This document shows, in pieces, positions 1-7,239 of a DNA stretch of 64,000 nucleotides; position 1 is the first letter of the stretch; each line of letters opens with the position of its first letter. Position numbers and translations under genes: made by a program. A model generated the notes under the pieces. The model worked only from the letters and a program-made list of their open reading frames with translations, did no database searches and had not been told where the DNA came from. Origin of the DNA: a virus. The stretch is from positions 1 through 64,000 of IMG/VR virus record IMGVR_UViG_3300025666_000003; one strand, written 5' to 3'.

Positions 1-2
1 AG

Positions 3-110
3 AATGGAACTGAATTTAGAGATGTTCCTGTAAAACGTGTTGATGATATAGGATTTAAAATAAATGGAAACTATTATACAGAATTTGATATTGATAGTTT
101 AGCATATTAA
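3..110 (+). CDS. 3' end of a small hypothetical gene truncated by the window start
   Basis: Open frame NGTEFRDVPVKRVDDIGFKINGNYYTEFDIDSLAY ending TAA at 108-110, directly before the junction motif of the next gene. Confidence 0.6.
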   Translation, partial: NGTEFRDVPVKRVDDIGFKINGNYYTEFDIDSLAY

Positions 111-122
111 AACAAAACAAAG

Positions 123-548
123 ATGAGTAAAGAATTTATACCATACGAAGAAGCATTAGCTTTAAAAGAATTAGGGTTTGATGAAAAAACTTTAAATTTA
201 TATAGAAATTTAATAAAAACCACTGTTTTATCATTATTATTTGATAGAGATTCTGTTGAAGAAGATGACTTATTTGAAAACTTTAATGATAATAATGGAT
301 GGTGGTTAAAACATAATGATGCTGAATTTACATCAGCACCAACATACCAACAAGCATTTAGATGGTTTAGAGAGAAGTATGGTTTTTATTCTTTAATATC
401 TATACATAATGATTTTAAAGTAATGCGAAATAATGGGGATTTTGGTAGTTTACATTTTGAATCGGGTAGATACAATACATATCAAGAAGCACAAGATGCT
501 TGTCTTAGAAAACTAATTGAAATAGTAAAAGCAAAACAAAGAAGATGA
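123..548 (+). CDS. Hypothetical phage protein (small accessory gene)
   Basis: 141-aa ORF with an A-rich leader; ATGA overlap with the next gene. Confidence 0.8.
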   Translation: MSKEFIPYEEALALKELGFDEKTLNLYRNLIKTTVLSLLFDRDSVEEDDLFENFNDNNGWWLKHNDAEFTSAPTYQQAFRWFREKYGFYSLISIHNDFKVMRNNGDFGSLHFESGRYNTYQEAQDACLRKLIEIVKAKQRR

Positions 549-895
549 AATTTAAAACAAACTCGCAGTTAAAAAAAAGCAAGCAAGGCAATGTACATTT
601 CAGCTTTTTGTCTATACATTTTGGAAACCGTTCTTTTGGTATTGCTATTTTAGGATTTATGGTAAGTATTTATTTAAACCAAAAAAAGATGAGTAAAGAA
701 GAAGTAAAGTATATAGTATTTGCAGAGGATTCTACTGCTATGATGCAAGAGTCACTAATACAACAAAGTAACCCTTTGACAAAAGAAAGAGCTATTGAGT
801 TTGCAGAAAGAATAAAAGATAGAGATTATTTGTTCTGTGTAACTATAATGAAAAGAGTTAGTAAAGAAGAATTAAACCAAAACAAAAATGAGTAG
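545..895 (+). CDS. Hypothetical protein; probably two cassettes fused in frame (second start at 689)
   Basis: 116-aa ORF containing an internal junction repeat at 675-700; hydrophobic stretch in the first half. Confidence 0.6.
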   Translation: MKFKTNSQLKKSKQGNVHFSFLSIHFGNRSFGIAILGFMVSIYLNQKKMSKEEVKYIVFAEDSTAMMQESLIQQSNPLTKERAIEFAERIKDRDYLFCVTIMKRVSKEELNQNKNE

Positions 896-1112
896 AGGAG
901 AATTCATGGTATCACCTGCAGTGTCTAAAGTTCTTAGAGATATACAAAAGCAAGAAGAAGATTTTATTAAAGGTAAGTCTATAAAGGTAGAAGAGTGGAA
1001 TCAAGAAGATATTCAAAAAGAATATGGACTTATCCTTAAAAAAGAAAGTAAACTTTCATCTAACAATAGAAGAAAGATTTTAGAAATTATAAATCAAAAC
1101 AAAGATGAGTGA
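888..1112 (+). CDS. Hypothetical protein
   Basis: 74-aa ORF bounded by junction repeats, ending NQNKDE. Confidence 0.7.
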   Translation: MSRGEFMVSPAVSKVLRDIQKQEEDFIKGKSIKVEEWNQEDIQKEYGLILKKESKLSSNNRRKILEIINQNKDE

Positions 1113-1485
1113 AACAATTTGGAATGATGAAGACATGATCCATTTTGCTAGAGTAGCAAGTAAAGGTTCATATGGAGACTATCGTGGATGCAATAGTCTG
1201 GTAAAGAAATTAGCTAGATATAAAACATTAATAAAAAATAAACTTATGAGTAGATATACTAAAGAATTAGATAATGGGAAAACTATAGCATATGGTTATG
1301 ATGGGACACTAGGTTATTACTTTGATGTATTTGATGTTCCAGATGATAATGATAGAGAAATCTTATTAATTGAAGAATCTTCTGCATTAACCGGAATGAA
1401 TAATGGTAAAATGATTGAATTAATGGATATATACAAGCTACCTGAATCTCACATAGAGTTGGTAGCTATGGATTTACCAATTTAA
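1105..1485 (+). CDS. Hypothetical protein (possible internal start at 1246)
   Basis: 126-aa ORF starting in a junction repeat. Confidence 0.7.
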   Translation: MSETIWNDEDMIHFARVASKGSYGDYRGCNSLVKKLARYKTLIKNKLMSRYTKELDNGKTIAYGYDGTLGYYFDVFDVPDDNDREILLIEESSALTGMNNGKMIELMDIYKLPESHIELVAMDLPI

Positions 1486-1508
1486 CTTTAATGGAAGTTT
1501 TAATTAAG

Positions 1509-1548
1509 GAAAGTTAAGTCGGCTGATTTTTAATCACCGTTAACTTTC
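1509..1548 (+). other. Intergenic stem-loop
   Basis: GAAAGTTAA/TTAACTTTC, CGG/CCG and TGATT/AATCA pairings with small bulges. Confidence 0.5.
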
Positions 1549-1608
1549 GTTATAACAGGGCCCATTTAGTAGTTTTAAAACTTATTTATTAACCTTAAAA
1601 ACAATTTT

Positions 1609-1704
1609 ATGAAACCTTTATTTATAATAATACCCCAAGTACTACTATGGGGAATAGCTTTAGTAGTTTTAACTATAATATTTATACGTAACACTTCAAA
1701 ATAA
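1609..1704 (+). CDS. 31-aa hydrophobic membrane peptide (not in the ORF track)
   Basis: MKPLFIIIPQVLLWGIALVVLTIIFIRNTSK; A-rich leader; TAATG overlap with the gene at 1704. Confidence 0.55.
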   Translation: MKPLFIIIPQVLLWGIALVVLTIIFIRNTSK

Positions 1705-1901
1705 TGGGAGATGTAGCAGATGCTTTAATTAATGGTAATTTATGTAGCTGGTGTGGAGTTTATTTAGAACCTAATGAAAAAGTTTTTATTATTCCAAGTC
1801 TTGCAGAAGATAACATAATTAACAATACTGAAAATAGAATGCCAAAAAATGGAAATGGTTTTGGTTTACCCGTAGTATGTTCTGATTGTAATAAAAATTA
1901 A
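1704..1901 (+). CDS. Small zinc-finger-like protein
   Basis: CSWC...CSDC cysteine pairs in 65 aa. Confidence 0.7.
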   Translation: MGDVADALINGNLCSWCGVYLEPNEKVFIIPSLAEDNIINNTENRMPKNGNGFGLPVVCSDCNKN

Positions 1902-1966
1902 TATCAGGAGTAAAACGGTCAACTTGTGGGTATACGGGTGTGATACAAACCCTCACTCCTGGTATT
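1900..1966 (+). ncRNA. Candidate structured intergenic RNA element
   Basis: 12-bp closing stem (1900-1911/1955-1966, one G-U) enclosing a GGGT/ACCC hairpin; GC-rich island in an AT-rich spacer. Confidence 0.35.
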
Positions 1967-1996
1967 TTTATTTAATAATTCAAAAATTCATATATA

Positions 1997-2233
1997 ATGA
2001 AAGTATATTACATTAAATATTTTTTAAATTTTAACTATAATATAGAGTTAACTGATTCTTCAGGAGAAATTGTGTTAGGCGGTAGTAGAAGAGTATATAA
2101 TCCTAATACACCAATTAATGATTTACCATATCTTTTACGTAGCTGTAATAGTGAAAGAAGTGCCAAATGGTTTACAAATTTTAATCATGAGCTTCTAAAT
2201 AAAATTAGAAATTATGAATACACTAACAGCTAA
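1997..2233 (+). CDS. Hypothetical protein
   Basis: 78-aa ORF with an A-rich leader. Confidence 0.55.
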   Translation: MKVYYIKYFLNFNYNIELTDSSGEIVLGGSRRVYNPNTPINDLPYLLRSCNSERSAKWFTNFNHELLNKIRNYEYTNS

Positions 2234-2300
2234 TGACTTTTCTAATTTATAATTAGAAGAACCTAGTATATTTTTTTAAGTATACTTTTTCATGACTAGA

Positions 2301-2338
2301 ACAGCATAGGGAAGTGTATATAGCTTCCCTGTTGTTGT
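2301..2338 (+). terminator. Stem-loop, possible terminator or processing site
   Basis: AGGGAAG/CTTCCCT core stem with G-U extensions; weak U tail. Confidence 0.4.
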
Positions 2339-2421
2339 ATTTAGCTATATAATGCCATAAATATTTATTATTTATTAAAATATATTCGTATTATTTACAC
2401 ATTTAACGTTTATTTGTGTAA

Positions 2422-2667
2422 ATGATTTATCAACTACCTAATGGAAAGACAATCTATTTGTCTATTGATGAATATCTTAACTTAACTGATTCAGATATAC
2501 AATACATGGTAGCAAATAATTATGGTGAAGTCACCGTTAATCCATTTACAGGATCAGCTGTTGATTTAAATGCCAAAGAAAAAACATATGATTTTTCAGA
2601 TTATCACAATGATGATGATACTGAAAATGATACAGATATAGATCTAAATGATCTAGAAGGAAAATAA
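2422..2667 (+). CDS. Small acidic hypothetical protein
   Basis: 81-aa ORF with an Asp-rich C-terminus. Confidence 0.75.
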   Translation: MIYQLPNGKTIYLSIDEYLNLTDSDIQYMVANNYGEVTVNPFTGSAVDLNAKEKTYDFSDYHNDDDTENDTDIDLNDLEGK

Positions 2668-2675
2668 TAATCCTA

Positions 2676-2707
2676 CTAGTGTGAGCAACTAGAATTAAAT
2701 CAGCTCA
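2676..2707 (+). promoter_or_regulatory. Candidate H-type mRNA pseudoknot in the leader of the 2743 gene
   Basis: S1 CTAGT(2676-80)/ACTAG(2688-92); S2 TGAGC(2682-86)/GCTCA(2703-07). Confidence 0.5.
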
Positions 2708-2742
2708 AAATCAATTATTTATTAATCCAAAAACCAATTAGT

Positions 2743-3237
2743 ATGGACTCAAAAGTAAGAGTGATGCCTGATTCGTCAGGTGCAGTAATTGTTCAGTCTA
2801 AAAATAATCCAGATTATGGATATATTAGATTAGAACAAGTTAGAACTTTGATAGACGATGAATCAGGTTTCCTAAGAAGAAAGACAGTGTCTACACTTCT
2901 ACACGGAACAGTAGAAGATTTGCAGTTATCAGGCTTCACAGCCAATCAAGAATTACCCGGTAAAGTTATAGTGCAGGAAGCCCTTGAACCTTTCAATAAA
3001 AGGGACCCTGAACGTGAAATCAAAAAAGCTGGTGAAACAGGTATAGTTTTAAAGTTAGAAGGAAATCCTATCTATCGTAGAACAATATATACCACTACAC
3101 CATCAATGGAAGATGTCATTGTTAAACATGATAATAAAGTTGAATTACAAAAAGCTTATGCAGATAAAAATGTAGAAAGTGAAATTAAATCAGCAGTTAA
3201 TCCGGGGAATAGCACATTTGACTTAAATGTTGATTAA
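2743..3237 (+). CDS. Conserved phage protein, possibly ssDNA-binding
   Basis: 164 aa, beta-strand-like pattern, acidic/aromatic tail (STFDLNVD); stand-alone gene followed by a terminator. Confidence 0.55.
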   Translation: MDSKVRVMPDSSGAVIVQSKNNPDYGYIRLEQVRTLIDDESGFLRRKTVSTLLHGTVEDLQLSGFTANQELPGKVIVQEALEPFNKRDPEREIKKAGETGIVLKLEGNPIYRRTIYTTTPSMEDVIVKHDNKVELQKAYADKNVESEIKSAVNPGNSTFDLNVD

Positions 3238-3249
3238 TCTATTCTATAA

Positions 3250-3281
3250 ACAGGAGGTGATAATTCATCTCCTGTATTTTT
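3250..3281 (+). terminator. Rho-independent terminator
   Basis: ACAGGAGGTGA-TAAT-TCATCTCCTGT followed by ATTTTT. Confidence 0.75.
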
Positions 3282-3300
3282 AATTCTAAAAAATAATGTC

Positions 3301-3807
3301 ATGAATAAGTTAAAAGAAAGAAAAGAAAAATTTCACTATCTAGGTGATTTATCTAAATATCAATTAAAGTTACAAGAAACAGAGTATGTTAAATATAAAA
3401 CTGAATCGTATACAGAATATCAAAATTATCTTTATAAGAGAGCTTTGTATGGTTTAAATGCTTTAGCAGAAAAAGAATTAAATAACATTTGTAATAAAAA
3501 GAGAGGTCGTATAAATAAAGTTTATGTTAAAGGTCAAATTGCTATTAATCTTTATAAACAAAAAATTACTAATGATAAGAGTAATAAACTCTTTGAAAAA
3601 TTCTTTCCAGATAGTAAGATTACTAAATATTTAGTTAATCATTCTGAAGTTGATGAAGATTTTAAAAATACATTAACTTTTAAAACTCTTGATATCAACA
3701 AAGAACATATTATATCTATCTTTATAAAAAATGGAATTCTAGCAAAGAATTTCCGTACATTAAGACAAGATCCTAATAAACTTCCAAGATTAAAAAGTGA
3801 AGGTTAA
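3301..3807 (+). CDS. Basic hypothetical protein
   Basis: 168-aa Lys-rich ORF in the operon. Confidence 0.75.
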   Translation: MNKLKERKEKFHYLGDLSKYQLKLQETEYVKYKTESYTEYQNYLYKRALYGLNALAEKELNNICNKKRGRINKVYVKGQIAINLYKQKITNDKSNKLFEKFFPDSKITKYLVNHSEVDEDFKNTLTFKTLDINKEHIISIFIKNGILAKNFRTLRQDPNKLPRLKSEG

Positions 3808-4201
3808 GAAAAAAATATGTGATGGTTGCCAAAAAGAGCAATACATTTGGAAAAATCAGTCTGGAATAAGGTACTGTAAACAATGCTGGAGTCGTCATAA
3901 GCCTAGTGTTAATAAAAAACCAAATACAGTACCTATCCAGGCTGTTTCTCAAAAGAAAAAGAAGAAAGATGAAGAATACAGTAAACTAAGAAGAAGATTT
4001 TTAGAAGAACATTCTTTATGTAAAATTAAAATAACCTCTCGGTGTAGTAATACTGCAACTGATGTACACCACATGTATTCTGGTAATGATAGAATGACTT
4101 TTTATTTAATCCAGAGTACATGGTTACCGGTGTGTAGAAATTGTCATAACTGGATTCATGAGAATCCAAAAAAAGCAAGAATTATGAATTATTTAAAATA
4201 A
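3797..4201 (+). CDS. Zn-finger/HNH-type (NinG-like) nuclease
   Basis: N-terminal CDGC...CKQC; C-terminal DVHH...VCRNCHNWIH. Confidence 0.7.
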   Translation: MKVKKKICDGCQKEQYIWKNQSGIRYCKQCWSRHKPSVNKKPNTVPIQAVSQKKKKKDEEYSKLRRRFLEEHSLCKIKITSRCSNTATDVHHMYSGNDRMTFYLIQSTWLPVCRNCHNWIHENPKKARIMNYLK

Positions 4202-4210
4202 CTGATTACA

Positions 4211-5308
4211 ATGAATAAAGATGAAATGCAAAATGAAGTAATACAGCTGATTAAACCTATGAACCGTGCAGGTTTAGGTATTACAGTTGGTGGAGGTAAG
4301 ACTCTAATTGGCTTACGTGATTTAGATGAAAATTGTACACTTATGAGCAGAGCTTTAGTTGTTGCACCTAAGAAGTCAATATGGCAATCTTGGAAAGATG
4401 ATGCTGTTAAGTTTAATAAAGAACATGTGCTTAAGCACATTGAATTTACAACTTACCTCAGCCTTAGCAAGAAAAGCTCTACAGATTATGATGTAGTATA
4501 TTTAGATGAATGTCACAGCTTATTAGATTCTCACCGTGTGTTCTTAGAAAATTTTAATGGAAGAGTTATTGGTTTAACTGGTACTCCTCCTAGATATGGT
4601 AATTCTGAGAAAGGAAGAATGGTTAATGAATTCTGTCCAATTAAATACGAGTACTTAACTGATGATGCAGTTGATGATAATATTCTCAATGATTATAAAA
4701 TTATTGTCCATGAGCTTAGCTTAGGATATGAAAATGATTTAGAAGTAAATACTAGAAATGGTAGTTTTAAAACTTCTGAATCTAAAAATTATCATTATTG
4801 GAGTAGTAGGATTGACAGTGCATCAACAAGTAAGCAAACTCAAATTGCAAGAATAATGCGTATGAAAGCTATAATGAATTTTACTAGTAAAGAAAGATAT
4901 ACTAGAAGATTGGCAGATTCAATAGAATCTAAATGTATTATTTTTGCAAATACTCAGAGTCAAGCTGATAAACTATGTAACTACAGTTATCATAGTAAAA
5001 ACTCAGATTCTGAACAAAATCTCATTGATTTTAAGAATGGAAATATCACAGAATTATCTTGTGTACTCCAACTCAGTGAGGGTGTAAATATTCCAGAACT
5101 TAAGCAAGGTATAATAATGCATGCTTATGGTAATGAACGTAAAGCCAGCCAAAGAATTGGTAGACTTTTACGTCTTAATCCTGATGATGAAGCAACAGTT
5201 CATGTATTATGTTACATGAATACTGCTGATGAAGATTGGGTTAAAGAAGCTTTGAAAGGATATGATCAATCCAAGGTAACTTGGAAAAACTTTAATATTA
5301 AAATTTAA
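4211..5308 (+). CDS. Superfamily 2 (DExH) helicase
   Basis: Motif I TVGGGKT, motif II DECH, motif III LTGTP, motif VI QRIGRLLR. Confidence 0.9.
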   Translation: MNKDEMQNEVIQLIKPMNRAGLGITVGGGKTLIGLRDLDENCTLMSRALVVAPKKSIWQSWKDDAVKFNKEHVLKHIEFTTYLSLSKKSSTDYDVVYLDECHSLLDSHRVFLENFNGRVIGLTGTPPRYGNSEKGRMVNEFCPIKYEYLTDDAVDDNILNDYKIIVHELSLGYENDLEVNTRNGSFKTSESKNYHYWSSRIDSASTSKQTQIARIMRMKAIMNFTSKERYTRRLADSIESKCIIFANTQSQADKLCNYSYHSKNSDSEQNLIDFKNGNITELSCVLQLSEGVNIPELKQGIIMHAYGNERKASQRIGRLLRLNPDDEATVHVLCYMNTADEDWVKEALKGYDQSKVTWKNFNIKI

Positions 5309-5793
5309 TGAAAATTGATAAAAACACACTAAAATTGGTACGGGCACTAGTAAAACTTACTAGTGTCATTACTGATATTGATGAACTCAAAGACTGCAAA
5401 GAGTATAAATTTCAGTTAAAAAAAGATTTAAATGATTGGTCAAGTTGGTTAGAAGAAAATACAAAAGATTCTATGATTAAACTTACCACAGCAAATGATA
5501 ATATATTGATGAATTTAATTAATATGTATAATAATTTTGAAAATGATTTTTATGCAAAAAATGATTTTACTACTAGAATATTATTAGTAATAGCAAAATG
5601 TAATTCTGCATTACGTGACATTGATTCAATGGATCCTCCATATAATCAATACGTTGGTGCGTTAAGAGTTAAAATCACTAGTATTACAAATAAAAAATAT
5701 TTAAATGCATATATTAGCTATTGTCCTAATGAATTTAATAAGTTATTAGAAAACATGAATAAGTTAAGTGATGAAATAATAGTTGGTACTTAA
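5308..5793 (+). CDS. Hypothetical helical protein
   Basis: 161-aa ORF with TAATG coupling to the helicase gene. Confidence 0.75.
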   Translation: MKIDKNTLKLVRALVKLTSVITDIDELKDCKEYKFQLKKDLNDWSSWLEENTKDSMIKLTTANDNILMNLINMYNNFENDFYAKNDFTTRILLVIAKCNSALRDIDSMDPPYNQYVGALRVKITSITNKKYLNAYISYCPNEFNKLLENMNKLSDEIIVGT

Positions 5794-5820
5794 TAATTTT
5801 TGTAAATTGAAGTAAACAGT

Positions 5821-6060
5821 ATGGTATTGGAAAAAACACATAAAATAACTTTATATAATGATGAAGAACATAGTTTAGCTTTTGTTCAGTCTTGTTTAAT
5901 TAATATATGTAATCATGAACCTATACAAGCAGCACAATGTGCAACTATTGTAGATGGTGTTGGAAAATATGATATTCAAATAGGAAATTTTGATGAGATG
6001 CTTGAAGTTAAGTTTTCTTTTGATGAATGTGGCCTTAAAACTGAAATTAGTGAATCGTGA
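5821..6060 (+). CDS. clpS: ClpS-like N-degron adaptor protein
   Basis: HKITLYNDEEHSLAFVQSCLINICNHEPIQAAQCATIVDGVGK matches the ClpS core (lyNDd...A.q....v...Gk). Confidence 0.75.
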   Translation: MVLEKTHKITLYNDEEHSLAFVQSCLINICNHEPIQAAQCATIVDGVGKYDIQIGNFDEMLEVKFSFDECGLKTEISES

Positions 6061-6332
6061 AAGTAATATGTATAAATGATAAAAACAAACCTAATAAGAT
6101 CCCACAAGATCAATGGTGTAAGTTTGGTGAAGAATACACAGTAATTCGTGTTATAAGACTTCCTTTACAAGAAGATACAATGGGCCTTTTATTTAAAGAG
6201 ATTCAAATGGATAATTCTTGTTTTCCATATGAATTTTATGATGCAACTAGATTTGCAGTTAAGTCGGATATATTTAGTGAATCTGAAGAATCTAAAGAAT
6301 TTAAAGAAGCTGATTTAGACATGATTAATTAA
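6057..6332 (+). CDS. Hypothetical protein
   Basis: 91-aa ORF with GTGA overlap; KVICIND...GEEYTV...YDATRF. Confidence 0.75.
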   Translation: MKVICINDKNKPNKIPQDQWCKFGEEYTVIRVIRLPLQEDTMGLLFKEIQMDNSCFPYEFYDATRFAVKSDIFSESEESKEFKEADLDMIN

Positions 6333-6381
6333 ATTTAAACTTTAAACTTTTAAAGTTTTTAATCCACCTTAACTTAATATT

Positions 6382-6819
6382 ATGAAAGTAAACTTTAGTA
6401 AAAGTGATCTATTAATGTATTTGAATGATAATCCAGATATACAAAAGAAAACTAGAAAAAGAATAGTAATTGATAAAAGAAATTACATTATGGCTATTCT
6501 TCATTATCATTTTAAAATGACTGAAGTAGAACTAGCTTCTATTTTTAAAAAAGATAGATCTTCAATCAACCATGCTAAAAGAATGCCCTATAATTTAAAA
6601 AATGATAAAGATTTTATTTTGTATACTGAAAATCTAAAGAAAAAATTTCCTTATACATTTCCTAAATCAGATTTACCACAGAATGTTAGTAGAAAAATAA
6701 AAGTTGAAAGTTTGTATGATAATACGCAACATAAAAAATTGATTAGATTACGTAATAAGTATTCTTTATCATCAATTAATGAAGTCCTACCTCTTTTAAT
6801 AGATATAATAGATGAATAG
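6382..6819 (+). CDS. DNA-binding protein with a DnaA domain IV-like HTH
   Basis: KTRKRIVIDKRNYIMAIL...MTEVELASIFKKDRSSINHA resembles the DnaA C-terminal signature (R.R....R...M.....S...IG..F.RDHSTV.HA). Confidence 0.6.
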   Translation: MKVNFSKSDLLMYLNDNPDIQKKTRKRIVIDKRNYIMAILHYHFKMTEVELASIFKKDRSSINHAKRMPYNLKNDKDFILYTENLKKKFPYTFPKSDLPQNVSRKIKVESLYDNTQHKKLIRLRNKYSLSSINEVLPLLIDIIDE

Positions 6820-6997
6820 TATGGGAAAAATGAAAGAAATATACATGGATATATATTATAGTATGGATGGAAATATTCCACCAGACTATGATTTTCAAAC
6901 TTACATGTTTAATAGATTACAAGAACAATTAGAACAAGAACAATTTGAAGCAGACGTTTCAAAGCTTAAAAAAGATAAGTTAAATGAAAATCAATAA
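6812..6997 (+). CDS. Hypothetical protein (start may be 6821)
   Basis: 61-aa ORF overlapping the previous stop. Confidence 0.6.
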   Translation: MNSMGKMKEIYMDIYYSMDGNIPPDYDFQTYMFNRLQEQLEQEQFEADVSKLKKDKLNENQ

Positions 6998-7035
6998 ATT
7001 TATTAGTATAATAAAAATTAAATAAACTTAAAATT

Positions 7036-7239
7036 ATGTTTTTTGACCCAAATAGAAGTAAGTTAAGTTATATTAGAAGAAACACTGTATATCTTAGAGT
7101 GTTGTTTGTTACAGTATTATCAGTTATGATTATTGGTGCAATTGCATTAAATCAAAATGAAAAAAGAATGCTTAAAATGGAAAAAGAATTAATTGAGCTT
7201 AACGAAATTGTAAAAGAAGGTTGGTTTGAAGTTATTTAA
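7036..7239 (+). CDS. Small single-pass membrane protein
   Basis: TM segment VLFVTVLSVMIIGAIAL followed by a short coiled coil. Confidence 0.65.
   Translation: MFFDPNRSKLSYIRRNTVYLRVLFVTVLSVMIIGAIALNQNEKRMLKMEKELIELNEIVKEGWFEVI

Larger units (their letters stand above)
108..1112 (+). repeat. Dispersed gene-junction repeat TAAAnCAAAACAAA(G/A)ATGAGT; copies start at 108, 675 (1-nt deletion), 873 and 1090, with a degenerate copy at 526
   Basis: Read directly from the sequence; each copy contains an ATG start, and the copies at 873 and 1090 also encode the NQNK(D/N)E-stop end of the upstream gene. Confidence 0.8.

Noticed and set aside
2214-2252. 12-codon ORF overlapping the end of the 1997 gene
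   Set aside because: Too short to support; could be a remnant.
7036-7239. Holin or spanin assignment for the small TM protein
   Set aside because: No endolysin or lipoprotein partner nearby; a single TM segment is not diagnostic.
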